A stretch of DNA of 64,000 bases from Octopus vulgaris (taxonomy: Eukaryota), in the NCBI GenBank assembly GCA_951406725.2, contig OX597823.1, forward strand, positions 49,352,001 through 49,416,000. Reading direction: 5' to 3'. Under the pieces are notes generated by a model. The model was not told the origin of the DNA, did no database searches, and saw only the letters and a program-made list of their open reading frames with translations. A program made the translations under genes and the position numbers. Positions 37,662-52,962 of the stretch are shown here, piece after piece; the stretch's first letter is position 1, and each line of letters begins with the position of its first letter.

Positions 37662-38231
37662 TATTGGGTTGTCTGGAAAGTTTGTGACGATTTTTAAAGG
37701 AAAGAAAAAGGTCAATAAATACTTGCCATTACATTTTTAATCAACCAAATATGAACCATTTTGTTGCACAATGCGTCTCCATCTTTCCTCTAACTTGAAA
37801 ATACCCTCTTCCCAGAATTGAGGTTGTTTCATGGCAAAGAATTCATCAAGGTATCTTTTTACGTCATCCAAGGAATTGAAATTTTTACCATTAAGACTAT
37901 TCTGCAGAGACCTGAATAAGTAGAAATCTGAAGGAGCAATATCTCATGGATATGGAGGGTGGGGTAACACATCCCAGCCGAGCTGCAGCAATTTTTGTCT
38001 GGTTCCCAAAACATCAAGTGCCAAAAATGAACTTTCTTATCTTCCATTTTAAAAGGTTACATAATTAACACAGGTTATAGGAACATAAACCTTCTTCCAC
38101 GAAAAGATAGCTTAAACTGTACACTAAATGGAGGTGTAGTCAAATCCTATTTTATGGACTCAACCATGTTCTTAAATAAGTCGAAAGGTAAGCTACTATA
38201 AATCGGCATGAACTTTCCAGACAACCCACTA
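37662..38231 (-). mobile_element. Internally deleted mariner element
   Basis: TIRs tgggttgtctggaaagttt.tg.cgattt / aaatcggcatgaactttccagacaaccca; MEDKKVHFWHLM is joined directly to LLQLGWDVLPHPPYP..IAPSDFYLFRSLQNSL. Confidence 0.9.
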
Positions 38232-38299
38232 ACTTTGTTACTGAGTTTCAGTTATTTTGCCAAAACAATTAATATGAGCCCCATTTGTTTGATTGTGAC

Positions 38300-38575
38300 A
38301 GCACATGGCTTAGTAGTTAAGGTATTCAACTCAAGATCATATAGTTGTGAGTTTGATTCCTAGAGGTGCATTGGGCTCTTGAGCAAGACACTTTATTTCA
38401 TGTTGCTCCCGTCAACTCAGCTGACAAAAATGAGTAGCATATGTATTTCAAAGGACCAGCCTTGTCACATTCTGTGTCACACTGAATTTTCCTGAGAACA
38501 ACGTTAAGGATACACATGTCTGGGGACTGCTCATCACTTGCATGTTAATTTAACGAGTTAGCTGTTCCATTGATC
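38300..38575 (+). mobile_element. SINE family D
   Basis: tRNA-like head, 'cttgagcaagacactttatttcatgttgctcc'; second copy at 45090-45320. Confidence 0.8.
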
Positions 38576-40073
38576 AGAGTTTTCTTCATTTTTTTATAGA
38601 AATTGAGGCAAAGAAGTGTGGCAAGAATGGTAGGCAGTTGGACCAGCATTTCATTCTCTTCCACAATGTTCAATATTTTAATTTTGTAAATACTTCTCTC
38701 CAACATATTTTTGATTTTGTGCCAGTTATAGGAATCAATAGTGAATAGAAGAAAAAACTATCTCAACCAGCCATATTCGGCTAAAATAATTTACCTATTT
38801 TACCTTCAAACTGACCAGATCCATCCTCTCACACTTACCCTACAATATTATTCTAAAAATAAACAATCACATCATTGAAATCTCAGAGCTACAAGGTAAT
38901 GCATGACTAATTTTTATCAACGTGAATAAATAAGCATTTCATTTAACAGAGGAATCTGAATGCTAAAGGGTTAAACATCTGTATCCCAAATAAAATTGTA
39001 TGAATTATTTATATTCCACTGTTGAGAAAATTCAAAGAAAATGTTACATATTTAGTTTCTAAATTAAGGTTTTAAAAACATGGCTTTCTAGAAAAAGAAA
39101 ATAGGGTTAAAACTGAAGTCTCTAAATTCCACTTACCCTATTAGTATACCTTTAAAATTTTTAGTTATTTAATTATAACAAAGTTTTCAAACTGCTATAG
39201 AAGACCCTTTGTAGATAACTAAGGTTCACACAGAAATAACTGACGAACAGTGAAACTGCTCTCTAATTTGATGCTGCAAACTAGACAGAGTGTTAATTTA
39301 GCTCATAAATTCATGCTAATAGTAAGAAATATTGTCTAATTAAATAATTGAAAAGCACATACCATCTAAATCAACTAATTTGAGATTAGGATAAAACCAA
39401 ATTTTTTAACAAAGTCTAGTTAAAAGCAGGAATTCTCAATAATATCTTGGTATTTCTGTACACAAATTGGCATTCAAATTTTCATCAGTTGTAATTTTCA
39501 TTTTCATCTTGAACAGTTACAGGACTAAAACAAGGAAAGGATTTTATTTTCATTAAATCAAAGTATTTAAGACTACAAACTTTAAGTTGTTTCACTTCAG
39601 AAATCTATAATTATGGCACAATTTCTTAATTGAAAACTTCTGCATTGCAACAACGTTTAGATAAAACTATGTTTGAAGCATTAGATGCAAGTACAAGTTG
39701 CTCATATACTTCTCTTGCAAGTTTAGATTTGTTTTATAATGTGGAAATAAATTAAACACTAGAGCATACCACTCTTATATTACCATGATTTTGGATAATG
39801 GAACTGAAATATAGGCTTGTCACATCAATATATTTAAACTTGTCCGTATTTCAAGTCATTAAAATCTACTCTCAAAGATATGCCTTACTTTTCAATGAGC
39901 TACTCTCTCCTCTAATTGTCCTGATTTTTAAATTTCACAAAATTTGCTTCTACAAATTGTAAGGAACATAATTTTCTTCTTCCTTCATACAATAGTTTTA
40001 TATAAATAAGAGTTCATTACAAAGTAAGCTCTTAGACAATGGGAAAGAATTTTGAAAAATATAAAATTAATTA

Positions 40074-41462
40074 CACAGGGGAACAAAACAACATTTATTT
40101 TATTTTCACAAGAATGAAAATAGCTGATTCTTATAGTAATTTTTGTGCTGAGTCCAAATAAGTTTGTTATATTTCTGTATCAGGTCAGACTTTTATGTGG
40201 TGTTCAATTTAATTTTTAAAGACATCTAGTTACACATTTATTAAAATACAATGGAAAATACATAGCTGTATTTTAAAAAATAACTTGGCTTCATTTCCTG
40301 CTGTACTTTGCCTTAGGTATGCCTCTCTTGCTAGTAGTCAGCAAGTAAACTGGGTTCCAGCTGCCTTAGTAATGCTTTTTCATAATAGAAATATCTTGAA
40401 CCGTATTTGATGCTTATCACACCCAATTCTATCAGGTAAAATGTTCAAGTAAGAGTCTAATATAGAATACAGTATCTTTAATAAGATGCTGTGCTTCATT
40501 GCATTCTTTGGTTATTCTTAAGAAGGTTACCTATTTTTAGAGAATAATTTTCACCCTTGGAATTTCCCAAAATGTTTTGAAACATTACCACACAGATTTT
40601 TAAATTCTTTCAACTCACTTCCTGAATCTATTACTTAACAATTTTCTGATTTCAAGCTTACAAAAATTTTTGAAGAAAAGCGTTTTTTGATCCTGACCGC
40701 ACTGATCCCAAGAAACTTATTTCTCAGGTACTTGAATCCAATTTGCACATTATCTATCATTATAACAAGATTTTCATATCTCCAAGCTTGATGTGCAGAG
40801 TAAGAAGAGACACTTTTTAGGGCCAACATGTGAACTGCTCAAAACATTATTTTCTTATCTGGAACAAGTGAAGTAGGATTCATTTAGTTCTTCTGATCAT
40901 TGTAATTTTGATAGCCTTTGCTGTCCAACTCACATCAAAAGACACAAGAACACTTGGTGTAACCCAGTTATACTAATAGCAAAAATGCAATGACCTTCAA
41001 GTTTTCACAGATATTGAACTTCTAAAAGTAACATCAGGTGGTCATTTAACATTTTCATGTTTTCTTCATCATCATCATCATCTAAAAATGTTGCTGCTTG
41101 CCTAGTCTACTAATTTGGCCAAATTTATCTCATTAATATTATCAGAACTTACTTCCTAAATGAATTAACTGTCACCAGCCTTGCTGGTTAATGCAACATA
41201 TATCTTTTATCAGTTATTTTTTTCCTTGTTTCAATCACTAGACTGCAGCTATGTGGGGGTGCTGCCTTGAAGAATTTTTAGTCAAATGAACCGACCCTAG
41301 AACTCATATTTCTTTTATAAGCCTGGTATTTATTCTATTGGTCTCTTTTGCCAAACTGCTAAGTTACAGTGACATAAACACCCCAACACTAGTTGCCAAG
41401 CAGTGGTGGGGATAAACACAGATACAAAGGCACACAGACACAGACACAAAGGTGCACACACA

Positions 41463-41543
<81 letters not shown>

Positions 41544-41899
41544 GAACAGGCTGCAGTCAGTTTGTGTCTACTAAATCCACTATAGAGGAAGACACTTGCC
41601 CAAAGTGCCATGCAGTAGGACTGAACCTAGAACCATGTGGCTGAGATGCAAACTTCTTACCACACAGCTATGCTTGTGTCAATATATATTATTATTAAAG
41701 TTCTTAATTACAATTATATTAATTGATTTATTTTATTTTTATCCAGCAATTATCCTAGATGAGGGGGAAGTATGCATAGCATCACAAGAATGCTAAATCT
41801 GATTGTAAAAAAGTTTGATATCATATTTAGATTCAGCATACAAAAGTACTCCTGGAACACCCATCTAAAGCTCAATGACAAAATTATTGTTGTTCAGTG
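40074..41899 (-). mobile_element. Highly decayed DNA transposon, probably Chapaev3-like, interrupted by a SINE
   Basis: Ends tta|CAC...GTG|taa; residual peptides FKYLRNKFLGISAVRIK and QDISIMKKHY*GSWNP. Family assignment is from recalled motifs, not verified. Confidence 0.55.
41205..41675 (-). mobile_element. SINE family A
   Basis: Reverse family A sequence with an expanded (CA)n. Confidence 0.82.
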
Positions 41900-42467
41900 T
41901 AATTAAAATTTATTTAAGATAATATGTAGAGGTAACTATATAAACAATTGATGGTTTTAGTTTGCAGTGAATATTCATCCATCTATCTCTTTTCTCTACC
42001 TTCAGAGAGTCATGGGGTTACAGTCCTCAAGCACTTCCTTCATAGGGTCTTAGCAAAAACAACTCTCATAAGACATTCTCGCTGGATTTCCAAGCATGAC
42101 GAAATGTGACTGTGGATATTATCCAACCATCTCATCCTTAGTCTATCTCTAGGTCTCCAGCCAACTTGGCTTGACTCAGCTTGAAGAATTCATTTTTTGA
42201 TTCTTTCTTGCGACATTCTAAACATACATCTATAGTTCCAGAGCTGAGACCTCTCAATGCAGAGAAGTAGTGTCTTGAGCAGGAAAGACTCTCTGCTATC
42301 TGAGCTATTTAACTGGTCAAGTAAACATTATTCCAGGGACCCTTCACAGAGGCCTTATTTCAGCTGCTTGTTGTTTGTGTGCAGTGAACATCTGCCTCAG
42401 ATTCCATGATTTATAGAAAAACAAAACAGTGGGTTGACATAATTGTGTATTTAAATCATCATCATCC

Positions 42468-42680
42468 CTTTCTACTCTAGGCACAAAGCCCGAAATTTTT
42501 TGGGAGATGGCCAGTCGATTAGATCGACCCCATTACACAACTGGTACTTAATTTATCGACCTCGAAAGGATGAAAGGCAAAGTTGACCTTGATGAAATTT
42601 GAACACAGAACGTAAAGACAGACGAAATACTGATAGGCGTTTCGTCTGGCGTGCTAACGTTTGTGCCAGCTCGCTGCCTT
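42468..42680 (-). mobile_element. SINE family B
   Basis: Well-conserved reverse copy. Confidence 0.85.
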
Positions 42681-43824
42681 ATTAAATCATCATCATCAAC
42701 GCCATCCTCAACATCATCATCGTCATTGTCATCATCATGCTCATGATTATCCTCAACATTATTCTCATCATCATCATCATCATTTAATGTCCATTTTCCA
42801 TACTGGCAAGGGTTGGACAGTTTGACAGGAGCTGGCAAACCAGAGAACTGCACCAGACTTGAATTGTCTGTTTTGCCATGGTTTCTAACCACCTTACAGA
42901 ATGTATAAGGTGCTTTTTATGTGGCACCAGTGCTTCATACACAACACCAGCATGTGTACTTTCAATATTTAGTTTCTCCCTTGGCTGAGATTCATTCCGC
43001 TAAGAGTTATAAAATAAGAACTTATAATTAGCACTGTTTAATTTAATTGACTGAAGTCCTGCTCCCAAAATTTCTCAGAAATTATTATTTATAATAAGAC
43101 ATTTTGTATTTCAGATTATAACAAGTTATTAAATATCTCTAGATTTATGTATTCACCACGTATTTCCATTATTATCAACCCATTACTCAAATATAATTAA
43201 ACTCAGTTTATGTATAAATATTTAAGATATTGATCTTAATTATATGTATGATGACTTTAACATTATGACTAATATTATCTTCTCAAATGTCATCAACTGT
43301 TTAATGAGATCTTACACAAGATGGTCTCAGATTTATATTAGAGGACAAAAGAACCTAAAGCAATTATTTGGTGGAAGAGCTAATTTTAGTAGTCTAAAAA
43401 CATACAAAACCTGTTATATTTACTTTTTATTTATTTCCTGATGAGTCAATGTTTTTATAGTCTATATTAGTGACTATATTTGTGACTAAGTTGTAAAGGG
43501 ACAAAAAGAGAAAAAAAAGAAAATTTTGATGTCTCACAAAAATAAATGAAAAATGAATGTCTTCCTGTGACTTTAGATAGTTAAATGACCCTTTTTCAAT
43601 GTAAATATTCAAGTTTAAACATACACATGATGATGGAGGTGGTTGTGGATCTAGTGGAGCCAACAGCAGCAGCAATGGTCATAGTAATGGCAGCAATGGT
43701 AAGATTGGCAGAAGGAGTTGCAGTGGCCACAGTGGTAGCAATGGTAGCAATGGCTGCACTCATCACTATGTCCACTAATGATAATTCTTCCTCTAGAATT
43801 CCCTTCTGTTTTTCCTCCCACTTT

Positions 43825-44190
43825 ACTCTTTTACCCATTTCAGCCATTAGACTGTGTCCATGCTGGAGCACCACCTTGAAGAATTTTTAATCAAACGAAT
43901 CAACTCCAGTACTTATCTTTTTAAAGCCTGGTACTTATTCGATCAGTCTTTTTTTACTGAACCACTAAGTTACAGGGATGTAAACACACCAACACTGGTT
44001 ATCAAGCAGTGGTGGGATACTCACACACACACACACAAATATATATGTATGTTTATGACAGGCTTCTTTCTGTTTCCAACGAGGCTTTGGTTGGGCCAAG
44101 GCTATAGAAGAAGACACTTGCTTAGAGTACCATGTAGCGAGATTGAAACTGAAACTCTGTGGTTAGGAAGCAAGCTTCTTACCACACAAC
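43825..44190 (-). mobile_element. SINE family A
   Basis: Reverse family A sequence. Confidence 0.82.
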
Positions 44191-44670
44191 TACACACCTG
44201 CTTCCTACATTTTTTTCCAACATTTTTTTTGACACCTGCCTTAACTTGCAAACTATTCCAGAGTAATGTTAACCCCATCGATCTCACCAACCCTAGAAGG
44301 GCAGAGAAAGGACCATAAGTACATCCAAACTAAACCAATGTATAAAAGATAAAAATACAGTATTTTAATGATCCAATCCAATTGGGGAAATTGAAGTAAT
44401 GAATAAATAGTTTAGCAGATCATTTAACAAAAACTAAAATTAGCAAACATTATAAAACTTCCAAGAATGTCACAGAGCCTCTCTCTCCTCCTCTCTTATT
44501 TCTTTTCTTTCCTCTCCCTCTCTCTCACCTAGTCTCCTTCTCCTCCCCACATTCTTTTTCTCTCTCTTTTTCTTTCAATTTCTTCTTCATTATGTTAGCC
44601 TCTATTTTTTTCCCTTCCTTTCATCACCTGCTGATTTTTTACCCCTCTCTTTTGCATTCCTACAGGATTA

Positions 44671-44704
<34 letters not shown>

Positions 44705-44707
44705 TTC

Positions 44708-44787
<80 letters not shown>

Positions 44788-45089
44788 CCTACCTATCTAT
44801 CTTTCACTCACTCATTTCCTCTCTTTCACTTTCTTATTCACTGTCTCTTTCTCTCTCTTTCTCCCTCTCTTTTCTCACACTATCTTGTTCTCTCCATTCT
44901 TCTTTCTCTTTCTCTCTATCCCCTCTCTCTCTCACTCTATCTATCCTCCTCCTCTCTCTCTCCTCTCTCTCCTCTCTCTCTCCCCTCTCTCTCTCTCTTT
45001 ATTCCTACACATTCTCCTACACATGGAAAAGCCATCATTACTATTGCTGTCGTCATCAGCCTCCTCTACATTATTATACATGGATTGTG

Positions 45090-45320
45090 AAGGCATGTGG
45101 CTTAGTGGTTAGGGTATTTGGCTAACTACTTGTAAGCTCATGAGTTCAATTCCCAACAGCACATCGTATCCTTGAGCAAGACACTTTATTTCATGTTGCT
45201 CCAGTTTACTCAGCTGGCAAAAATAAGTAGTACCTGTATTTCAAAGGGTCAGCCTTGTCACATTCTGCGTCACACTGAATTTCCTTGAAAACTACATTAA
45301 AGGTACACATGTCTGCGGAG
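45090..45320 (+). mobile_element. SINE family D
   Basis: Matches 38300-38575. Confidence 0.8.
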
Positions 45321-45774
45321 TCTTGAGCACAAAACAGGTAAAATATTTGGGCTGGCTCACACTGGTGTTGCATAAAAAACACCCAGCACGCTCTGTAAAG
45401 TGGTTGGTGTTAGAAAGATCATCCAGCTGTAGAAACCATGCCAAAACAGACAGGGAGTCTGAACAGCCCTCCAGCTGGTCAGCTCCTATCAAATCATCTA
45501 ACCCATGCCAGCATGGAAAGCAGACTTTAAATGATGATGATGATGATGATGATGTGACTGGCTTAAATGCTAAAGGGTTATATGATATAAGAAGTCATTA
45601 GACTGTGACCATGCTGGAGCACTGCCTTCAAGACTTTTTAGTCAAATGAATCGACCGTACTACTTATTTTTTTCTTTTAAGTCTTGTACTAATTCCCTAC
45701 ATTTCTTGCCAAACCTTTAAGTTAAGGTGATGTAAACAGACCATCATGTATATATATATATATATATATATATA

Positions 45775-46171
45775 CTAGCAGTATCGCCCGGCATTGCTTG
45801 GGTTTGTAAGGGAAATAACTATATAAGCATTTTTAGAGATGTAAAGTATAATACCCATCTCAATATGGCTAACCACAAAGGGGGGGGTGTTACTGTAGCT
45901 TTTTACGTTCTGAGATTTAATAATAAATTTTTAGAGAGTTACTTCCCTTATATATGCCAAAAATGCCCTAAAAATGGGAAAAAATGATGGTAAATTTTTT
46001 TTTTAATCGTAGACTCATCGTAGACACGCACTAATACCCAGAAGGGCTCGATATGAATCACGACTATAAGATACCTGGTTTTGGTTAAACTGCACCGCAA
46101 AATGTGGGAGTAGTTAGGAATCTAAATCGTAGGAGACAGACAGCACACAACCTTACTTTTATATATAAAGA
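45775..46171 (-). mobile_element. Complete non-autonomous Helitron
   Basis: 5' A|TCTTTATATATAAAAG, subterminal hairpin cccaagcaatgccggg, 3' CTAG|T, no target duplication. Confidence 0.88.
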
Positions 46172-46186
46172 TATACATATATATCA

Positions 46187-47060
46187 TATAAAAATTAGTG
46201 TACATTTAAACACAAAGAGGTGAGCCCTTAAACAGGTTGGCTTACATACTAGAAAGAACAGTCAAAAAGTCCAAACCACAGTTAAGAGCAATTTCAAAGG
46301 GAATGAAAAATCAAAAACATTTACCATGCTTTACAGCCAGACCTCAGGTTTTGAATTTTAATTAGCAAATAAAATAATTTGCAAGGCGAAGTTCTTATCA
46401 GTAGATACGCCAAAACATTAGCATATAAATTAGAGACCAAATAGCACATGTCTCATCCTTATATATTATAATTTTTCAAATAAAAATTCCGATTAAATTT
46501 CAGAAATTGATATAATGGGCTTCTTTCAGGTTCCATTTATCAAATCCACTCACAAGGTTTTGGTCAGCCCAAGGCTATAGTTGAAGATACTTGCCCAAAT
46601 AGACAGTACAAGTCTCATCTTTATACATTATAATTTTTCACATCTGCCATGCAAGCGTAGTTATAGTCGGCAGCAAATAAAAATATGGGCCAACTTTCTT
46701 CAAAATTACAAAAATCATATTAAGAGAATATATATAGGGTAGAAAAATTAGAGAAATTTTCTACCAGTGGTTAGCATGCATAAAATAGTCAATAGACAAC
46801 ATATTATTCATATAAATTTGTCCCGTATTTATATGTTAATTGTAGTGCCCATGCTGATGAGAACGTGGATAGCAAATTATTTTATTTGTTCATTGATGTT
46901 CGAAACCTAGGTGCATGTGGTAACTATTGAAAATGTTTTTAATTTTCATCCCCTTCAAAATTACTCTTAACCGTGGTTTGGGTTTTTACTGCTCCTTTTA
47001 GCATGTAAGGTGTCCTGTTAGAGTCACCGCTTTTGTATTTAAATGTACACTAATTTTATA
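46187..47060. repeat. Two diverged ~210-bp hammerhead-bearing repeats in inverted orientation
   Basis: aaaattagtgtacatttaaa...ttcttatcag (46187-46401) versus ctgatgagaac...tttaaatgtacactaattttata (46854-47060). Confidence 0.8.
46850..46917 (+). ncRNA. Type I hammerhead motif with a mutated cleavage triplet
   Basis: CATG-CTGATGA-GAAC...GTTC-GAAA-CCTAGG-TG-CATG; palindromic stem III ACCTAGGT. GUG is not an NUH site; the sister copy has GTC but a decayed core. Confidence 0.68.
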
Positions 47061-47061
47061 A

Positions 47062-47100
<39 letters not shown>

Positions 47101-47164
47101 TGTATATGTGTATATATATATATATATATTATGTACATATATTAATTGAAATGTGTAGTATCAT

Positions 47165-47385
47165 ATCTCTATTATAGCCAATCTTGCCAATCAGTTTCAC
47201 ACAGACAGTTGAACAGAGTGTTAGGTAACAGTTCAGTTATGTAACCCTGCACACTTCAGGGATGGCACCATAACTTCCATCTTCGAAGAGCACTGAAGCA
47301 CAGGGTTGCATAATCTGACTGTTACCTAACACTCTGTTGAACCTCCAGTGTGAAACCAATTGGCAAGATCAACCATAATGGATAT
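47165..47385. repeat. Inverted-repeat element, ~90-bp arms
   Basis: aacagagtgttaggtaacagt...aaccctg pairs with cagggtt...actgttacctaacactctgtt. Confidence 0.85.
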
Positions 47386-47479
47386 ATAATATTAACATAT
47401 CCACTCTACTGACAAATATATGAGTGCATTTTTTTCTGATTTATGGATTCTTAGATGGCTATATATATATATATATATA

Positions 47480-47854
47480 CATATAATATAAAATCTGTTC
47501 TGTCTGTCTTGAGGATCTCAGGCATCCTCCATCTGATTGCGCTCAAATTTGATATGTAGATACCGACGGTATCAGGGCATATATAAGTTTTGAAAAAATT
47601 ACAAAAATCGATTCCAGGTGAGAATGCAATCGATAAAGCCGTGGGAACGTGCATTTGTACGTGCAAGTACATCAGCTGTTGCGATTGATATTACGCGTAC
47701 ATGAAAAAATGCATGTGCAGTTTGCGCAAAAAAAGCCAGCTGGCTTGAAATAATGCCGCAAAATGGGACAATCAGAGAAAGTTGTTTTGAGAAAATTTGG
47801 TTTAAATGTTTGACAACTCAGCACCGTCCATTGGACCTGGGGTGTTTTGCTTGT
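47480..47854 (+). mobile_element. Probable non-autonomous Helitron
   Basis: 5' tataataaaatctgttctgtctgtc...ctcaaatttg, 3' hairpin gtccattggac followed by a degenerate CTTG|T. Confidence 0.55.
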
Positions 47855-47879
47855 ACATATATATATATATATATATAAT

Positions 47880-47915
<36 letters not shown>

Positions 47916-48093
47916 GTTAGAAGGTTTGGAGATGATGTACAGGTATTTTATATTAGAAGAAATGAGGTACTCAGAAATTCGGATGGTTTTATATTTACAG
48001 ATATTTATTTGTATATTACATGTTTTTATACATCATATATCATATATCATATATTAGTGCTTTCGCCCTTTCTAGTGGAGTTTTCAAATTGAA

Positions 48094-48133
<40 letters not shown>

Positions 48134-49919
48134 TTATTAATGTTTGTTCTTATATTTAGTTATGATAAAAGCAATTATGCTGCTTAGCAAAATAGACTGA
48201 TAGAACAAGTATCAGGTTTAAAAGGAATGAGAAGTACAGGGGTCAAGTCATTCGACTAAAAATTCTTCGAAGTGGTGCCCCAGCTAGACTGCAATCTAGT
48301 GACTGAAACAAGTAAAAAACAAAAGATGCAATTCAAAGAAGCTGTGACTGCTATTTCTAGCCGGTTGAGAAACCATCTCATAGCTCCATCTGTTGGTTCC
48401 TAAGATTTTTAGGTAAATGAGACTGTTGTTGTTATTGTTGTTGTGGTTGTTGTTGTGATTGTTGTTGTTGCTGTTGCTGTTGTTGTTTTACTGCAGGTCA
48501 ACCTTGATTGATCAAAAGCATTCCGATAGTGAGCAAACCATCTTTTTATGAGTATCTCAGAGTATATTATTTTCATGTGTTCTTCATTCAAAACAGTGGA
48601 GTTTGATTTGAGGAAGATTTGGTTTCTATTTCTAGTTTGTTTTGAACAACCACATGAAGGCTCTGTCATGTGTTGGTATTGTTAATGTTTTTAACCCCAG
48701 GTCAGCCCAGATCAAAGAAACCTATGATCAAAGAGATTCCAGCCATGACCATCCCATCTTTTTTGATAAATAGGAAATGTGTTCTTTTGCTTAAGGTAGA
48801 AGTGTGTAATTTGAAAAATATTTGGGTACTCTTTCTAGCAGGTCTAGCACCCACATAGCAACTCCTACTTTGGCTCACATTTATTGTTATTGATGGTGGT
48901 AGTGTTGGGTGGTGGTGGTGGTGGTGGTGGTGGCTGTGGTGGTGGCTGTGGTGGCGGTGGTGCTGCCACTGCTAGTAGTTGTGGTTGTGGATGATGGTGG
49001 TGGTGGTAGTAATGACAGCAGTCTTAGTGATGTTAGCATTGGTGTTGGAACTGATGGCAGTGGCAGTGGCAGCGGTAGCAGCAATGATGGTAGTGGAGAA
49101 GGGGTGAAGTGGTAGTGGTGGTGGTGGTGGTGTTGAAGTGGTGGTGAAGTGGTGGTGTGCAGACTATTAAAGTTCTTACCAAGATTATGACCTAATGGAA
49201 TATTTATGAAGCCAAACAAACTACTAAAGGTATTATCCACAGAGTGGTATAAGAGGAAAACTTCAAGGGCAGCGGCGGCAATGAAGCGTGGAGGAAAGGT
49301 GGGAGCAGGGGGTTAGGTGGTAGGCTTGGTTGGTTGGCTGGTTGGATGGTTGGTTGGTTGGTTGGTTGGGTGGAAGGTGAGGGCAAGAGTATAGAAGAAA
49401 GAAGAGGAGGGGAGGAGGCGGAGGTGGAGGAGGAGGAGGAGAAAAAAGTGTTGTTTGTATTGAGAGAGGCTTTTATTATGTCTGTCCCAAAGTTCATACA
49501 GCAAATAATAGTGTTACAAACTCAAAACTAACATGAAATGATAAGAACAAAGGGAAGTTGAGAAAGGGAAAGCGAGAGAGGGTGAGAGAGAGACAAAGAG
49601 AGAGAGAGAGAGAGAAAGAGAGAAACTGAGGTAGGGAGTGGGAGGAAGGAGAAGAGAAGGAGAGAGAAGAGGGTGGAGAGAAAGAGGTATGTGTATGTGA
49701 GCTTGTCTTTGTGCTTGTGCATGTGTGCATGCGTATGTATGCATGTGTGCGTGCATGTGTGCGTGCATGTGTGCATGCATGTGTGTGTGTATGTGTGTGA
49801 GGGGTGCTGAATGTGAAAGTAAGGGGGTCAGCCAGGAGAAAGTGGAAAAGAAGAGAAAAGGAGTAGGGAGTGGGTGAGAGAATTAAATTGAATACAAAGA
49901 GGTTAGACATAAGATCCAT

Positions 49920-50113
49920 ACATATATTAATATACACACACACATGCATATATATGCATTATACATGCATACACACACATATATGTATGTATGTATGTAT
50001 ATACATATATATATATATATATATGTGTATGTATATATATATATGTGTGTGTGTGTATATATATATGTATGTGTGTATATATATATATATACACATACAT
50101 ACATACATAGATT

Positions 50114-50148
<35 letters not shown>

Positions 50149-50227
50149 GGATAGATGTATACACATATTTATATATAAGTCTATACATATGTGTACATGC
50201 ATGTATATATGAATATATGTATATATA

Positions 50228-50258
<31 letters not shown>

Positions 50259-50570
50259 TGAGAGAGAGAGAGGGAGAGAAGGGTGTAGTTATAGACATAT
50301 ATGTGTGTGTATATATACATGGATGTGGATATATATATATATATATATATGTATGTTTGTATGTATGTATGTATGTATGTATATGCTTATATAAATGCCT
50401 ATGTATGTATATATATATAAATAGATGAGTATGCATTCATCAGCACACATATATTTCATATATACATATAAGCATATAAATAGGGGAGGAACTTAGCTGT
50501 ATATAGTATGTTTGTACAGAAATATATATACATACACATACAAACACACACAAACACATATTCATATATA

Positions 50571-50604
<34 letters not shown>

Positions 50605-51010
50605 CATATATATATAAAGGATGATGATATATTTACATACATACACATAGAGGCATATATACATACATGCATATATATATGCATTGGTGTGTATATATAT
50701 GTACATATATACATGTATATATATATATCTATATATGTATGTGTATATATATGTATATGTATATATACATATAAATATATATATATATACACATACACAC
50801 GAACACACATATACATGTGTGTTTGCATGTACATATTTATGCACACACACACATACACATGCACATGAATATAAAGTTACGTACCGACTTAACAACCTAC
50901 ATATTCTGCATACAAATGCATACTCATGTACACACGCACACATTCACACACACGCACACACACACATACATACACACAATCCCACAAACACTCAAACACA
51001 CCAACACGCA
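49920..51010. repeat. Long compound (TA/CA/TG/GATA)n microsatellite tract
   Basis: Directly visible low-complexity sequence. Confidence 0.95.
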
Positions 51011-51651
51011 GACATAGACACATCCGCCTAACTTAAATACAGAAAGTATGTTTTGAAAGAAGAAAATAAAAAAGGCAGGGAAAAGGGTTAGATAAGACAA
51101 GAATAGAGAATATCAGTAGCAAAGGCAGGATATTAGTGATGCTGATAAACTATATTGTTTACAAAAAGCAACAATCAAATCAGATTATGATAGAGTAGCT
51201 AGGTCATGCTTCAAAGAGAAAGCTACAAATGGCTAAAGTTGATGATAAATAAACTTTGATATCATTTGAAACCTGATCCAGTATTTAAGTATATATTAGT
51301 TTGATCTTCTTGTCATCATCATCTTAACGAAACTTTTCACAGAACTTTAATAGGTAATTTTTAAGCGAAAGGTGTTGATTTTGTTGCCGTTGTTGTTGTT
51401 GTTGTTATTTTTGCTGCAGTTGATGCAGTAGTTCTTGTTGTTGCTTTATGGTGGTGGTGGTGGTGGTGGTGGTGGCGGCAGCAGCAGCAGCAGGAGCAGC
51501 AGCAGCAGCAGGAGCAGCAGCAGTGGAGGTGGTAGCAGCAATGGCAGTAGTAGTGGTGGTGGTGGTGGCAGTTGTAGTGGTGGTGGCGGTGTTGGTGTTG
51601 GTGGTGGTGCTTATGACGATGATGATGATGATGATGATGTTGATGATGGTT

Positions 51652-51683
<32 letters not shown>

Positions 51684-51992
51684 GTTTAGGAGGATGAGAT
51701 CTACATTTTTGTTTTTTATTCTATCTTATTCTCACTAACCAATGGTCAGGTTTGAGATCAAGCGAACTTTTTATAGCGTAAAAGTAACTGATTCAATTAC
51801 TCAGGGGCTATCCAAAGGTCCAGCAATCATCAATGCAGACAAACATCTACTGTTGGATCATATTTACCTAATATTTATATAATTGCATGCATAATATGGA
51901 AAACTCAGCAATTACCAGCACTTACTAATGCACAGAAACAATTGTAGTAGTTTGGATCAAAGCCTGTTCATTCCATCTTTGTGTATTAAAAA

Positions 51993-52047
<55 letters not shown>

Positions 52048-52249
52048 GTAAGTATGTACATATATATATCACCGTGACCGACCAGGCTATCAAATGTTGT
52101 TACATATCGCTGGTCACAATGCGCTTCGCATTGTTTTAGCCTTCAAACGACGCCACCCCGCTGGCTAAGCAAGCAGGCCAACAGTAGAAAGAGTGAGAGA
52201 AAGTTGTGGTGAAAGAGTACAGCAGGGATTGCCACCACCACCCTGCTGG

Positions 52250-52290
<41 letters not shown>

Positions 52291-52931
52291 TCTACATTAC
52301 ATATGTACATATATACACATATACATATGTATGTGTGTGTGCACGCATGTGTATACTTGCTTTGAAATGGTGAATCTCGAAGCAGAGAAAACTATAGATT
52401 GCAGCATATAAGTGTTGGGTTGAAAAATCGTTTTCAGACAACAAAACCCCAAGGCAACCCATGGGAGTCAAACCCACAGCATCTCTGTCAAATGAATAGA
52501 GGCATTCAAAGGATTGCTCTGTTCCAATGTTAGAACATCTGTCCTGGAAGCAGGAAACATGGGTTTCAGTTGCACCATCAGCCTTCAACTTTTTCTATCC
52601 AAAGGTATTTTTAAGTTGAATATTTACATATTATTTACAGCTTTATTTTTCCACTGAGGTCAACTTTGCTCTTCGTGGTTTCAGGGGTCAATAAAATAAG
52701 TACCAGTTGAATACTGGGGTTAATGTAATCAACTCTCCCTCTCTCCCAAAAACGGATGGCGTTGTGCCAAAATTTGAAACCATTATTAATAGCTTTATTT
52801 GTTCTGAGATACACTGCTCCACAAGCAAATTATTTTTCATTCTCAAAGTTTTTAAATTCTTACTACATCAGAAGTGTGTGTGTGTGCATGAGTGTGTGTA
52901 TACACATATGTATATACATGTGTGTGTGTGT

Positions 52932-52962
<31 letters not shown>
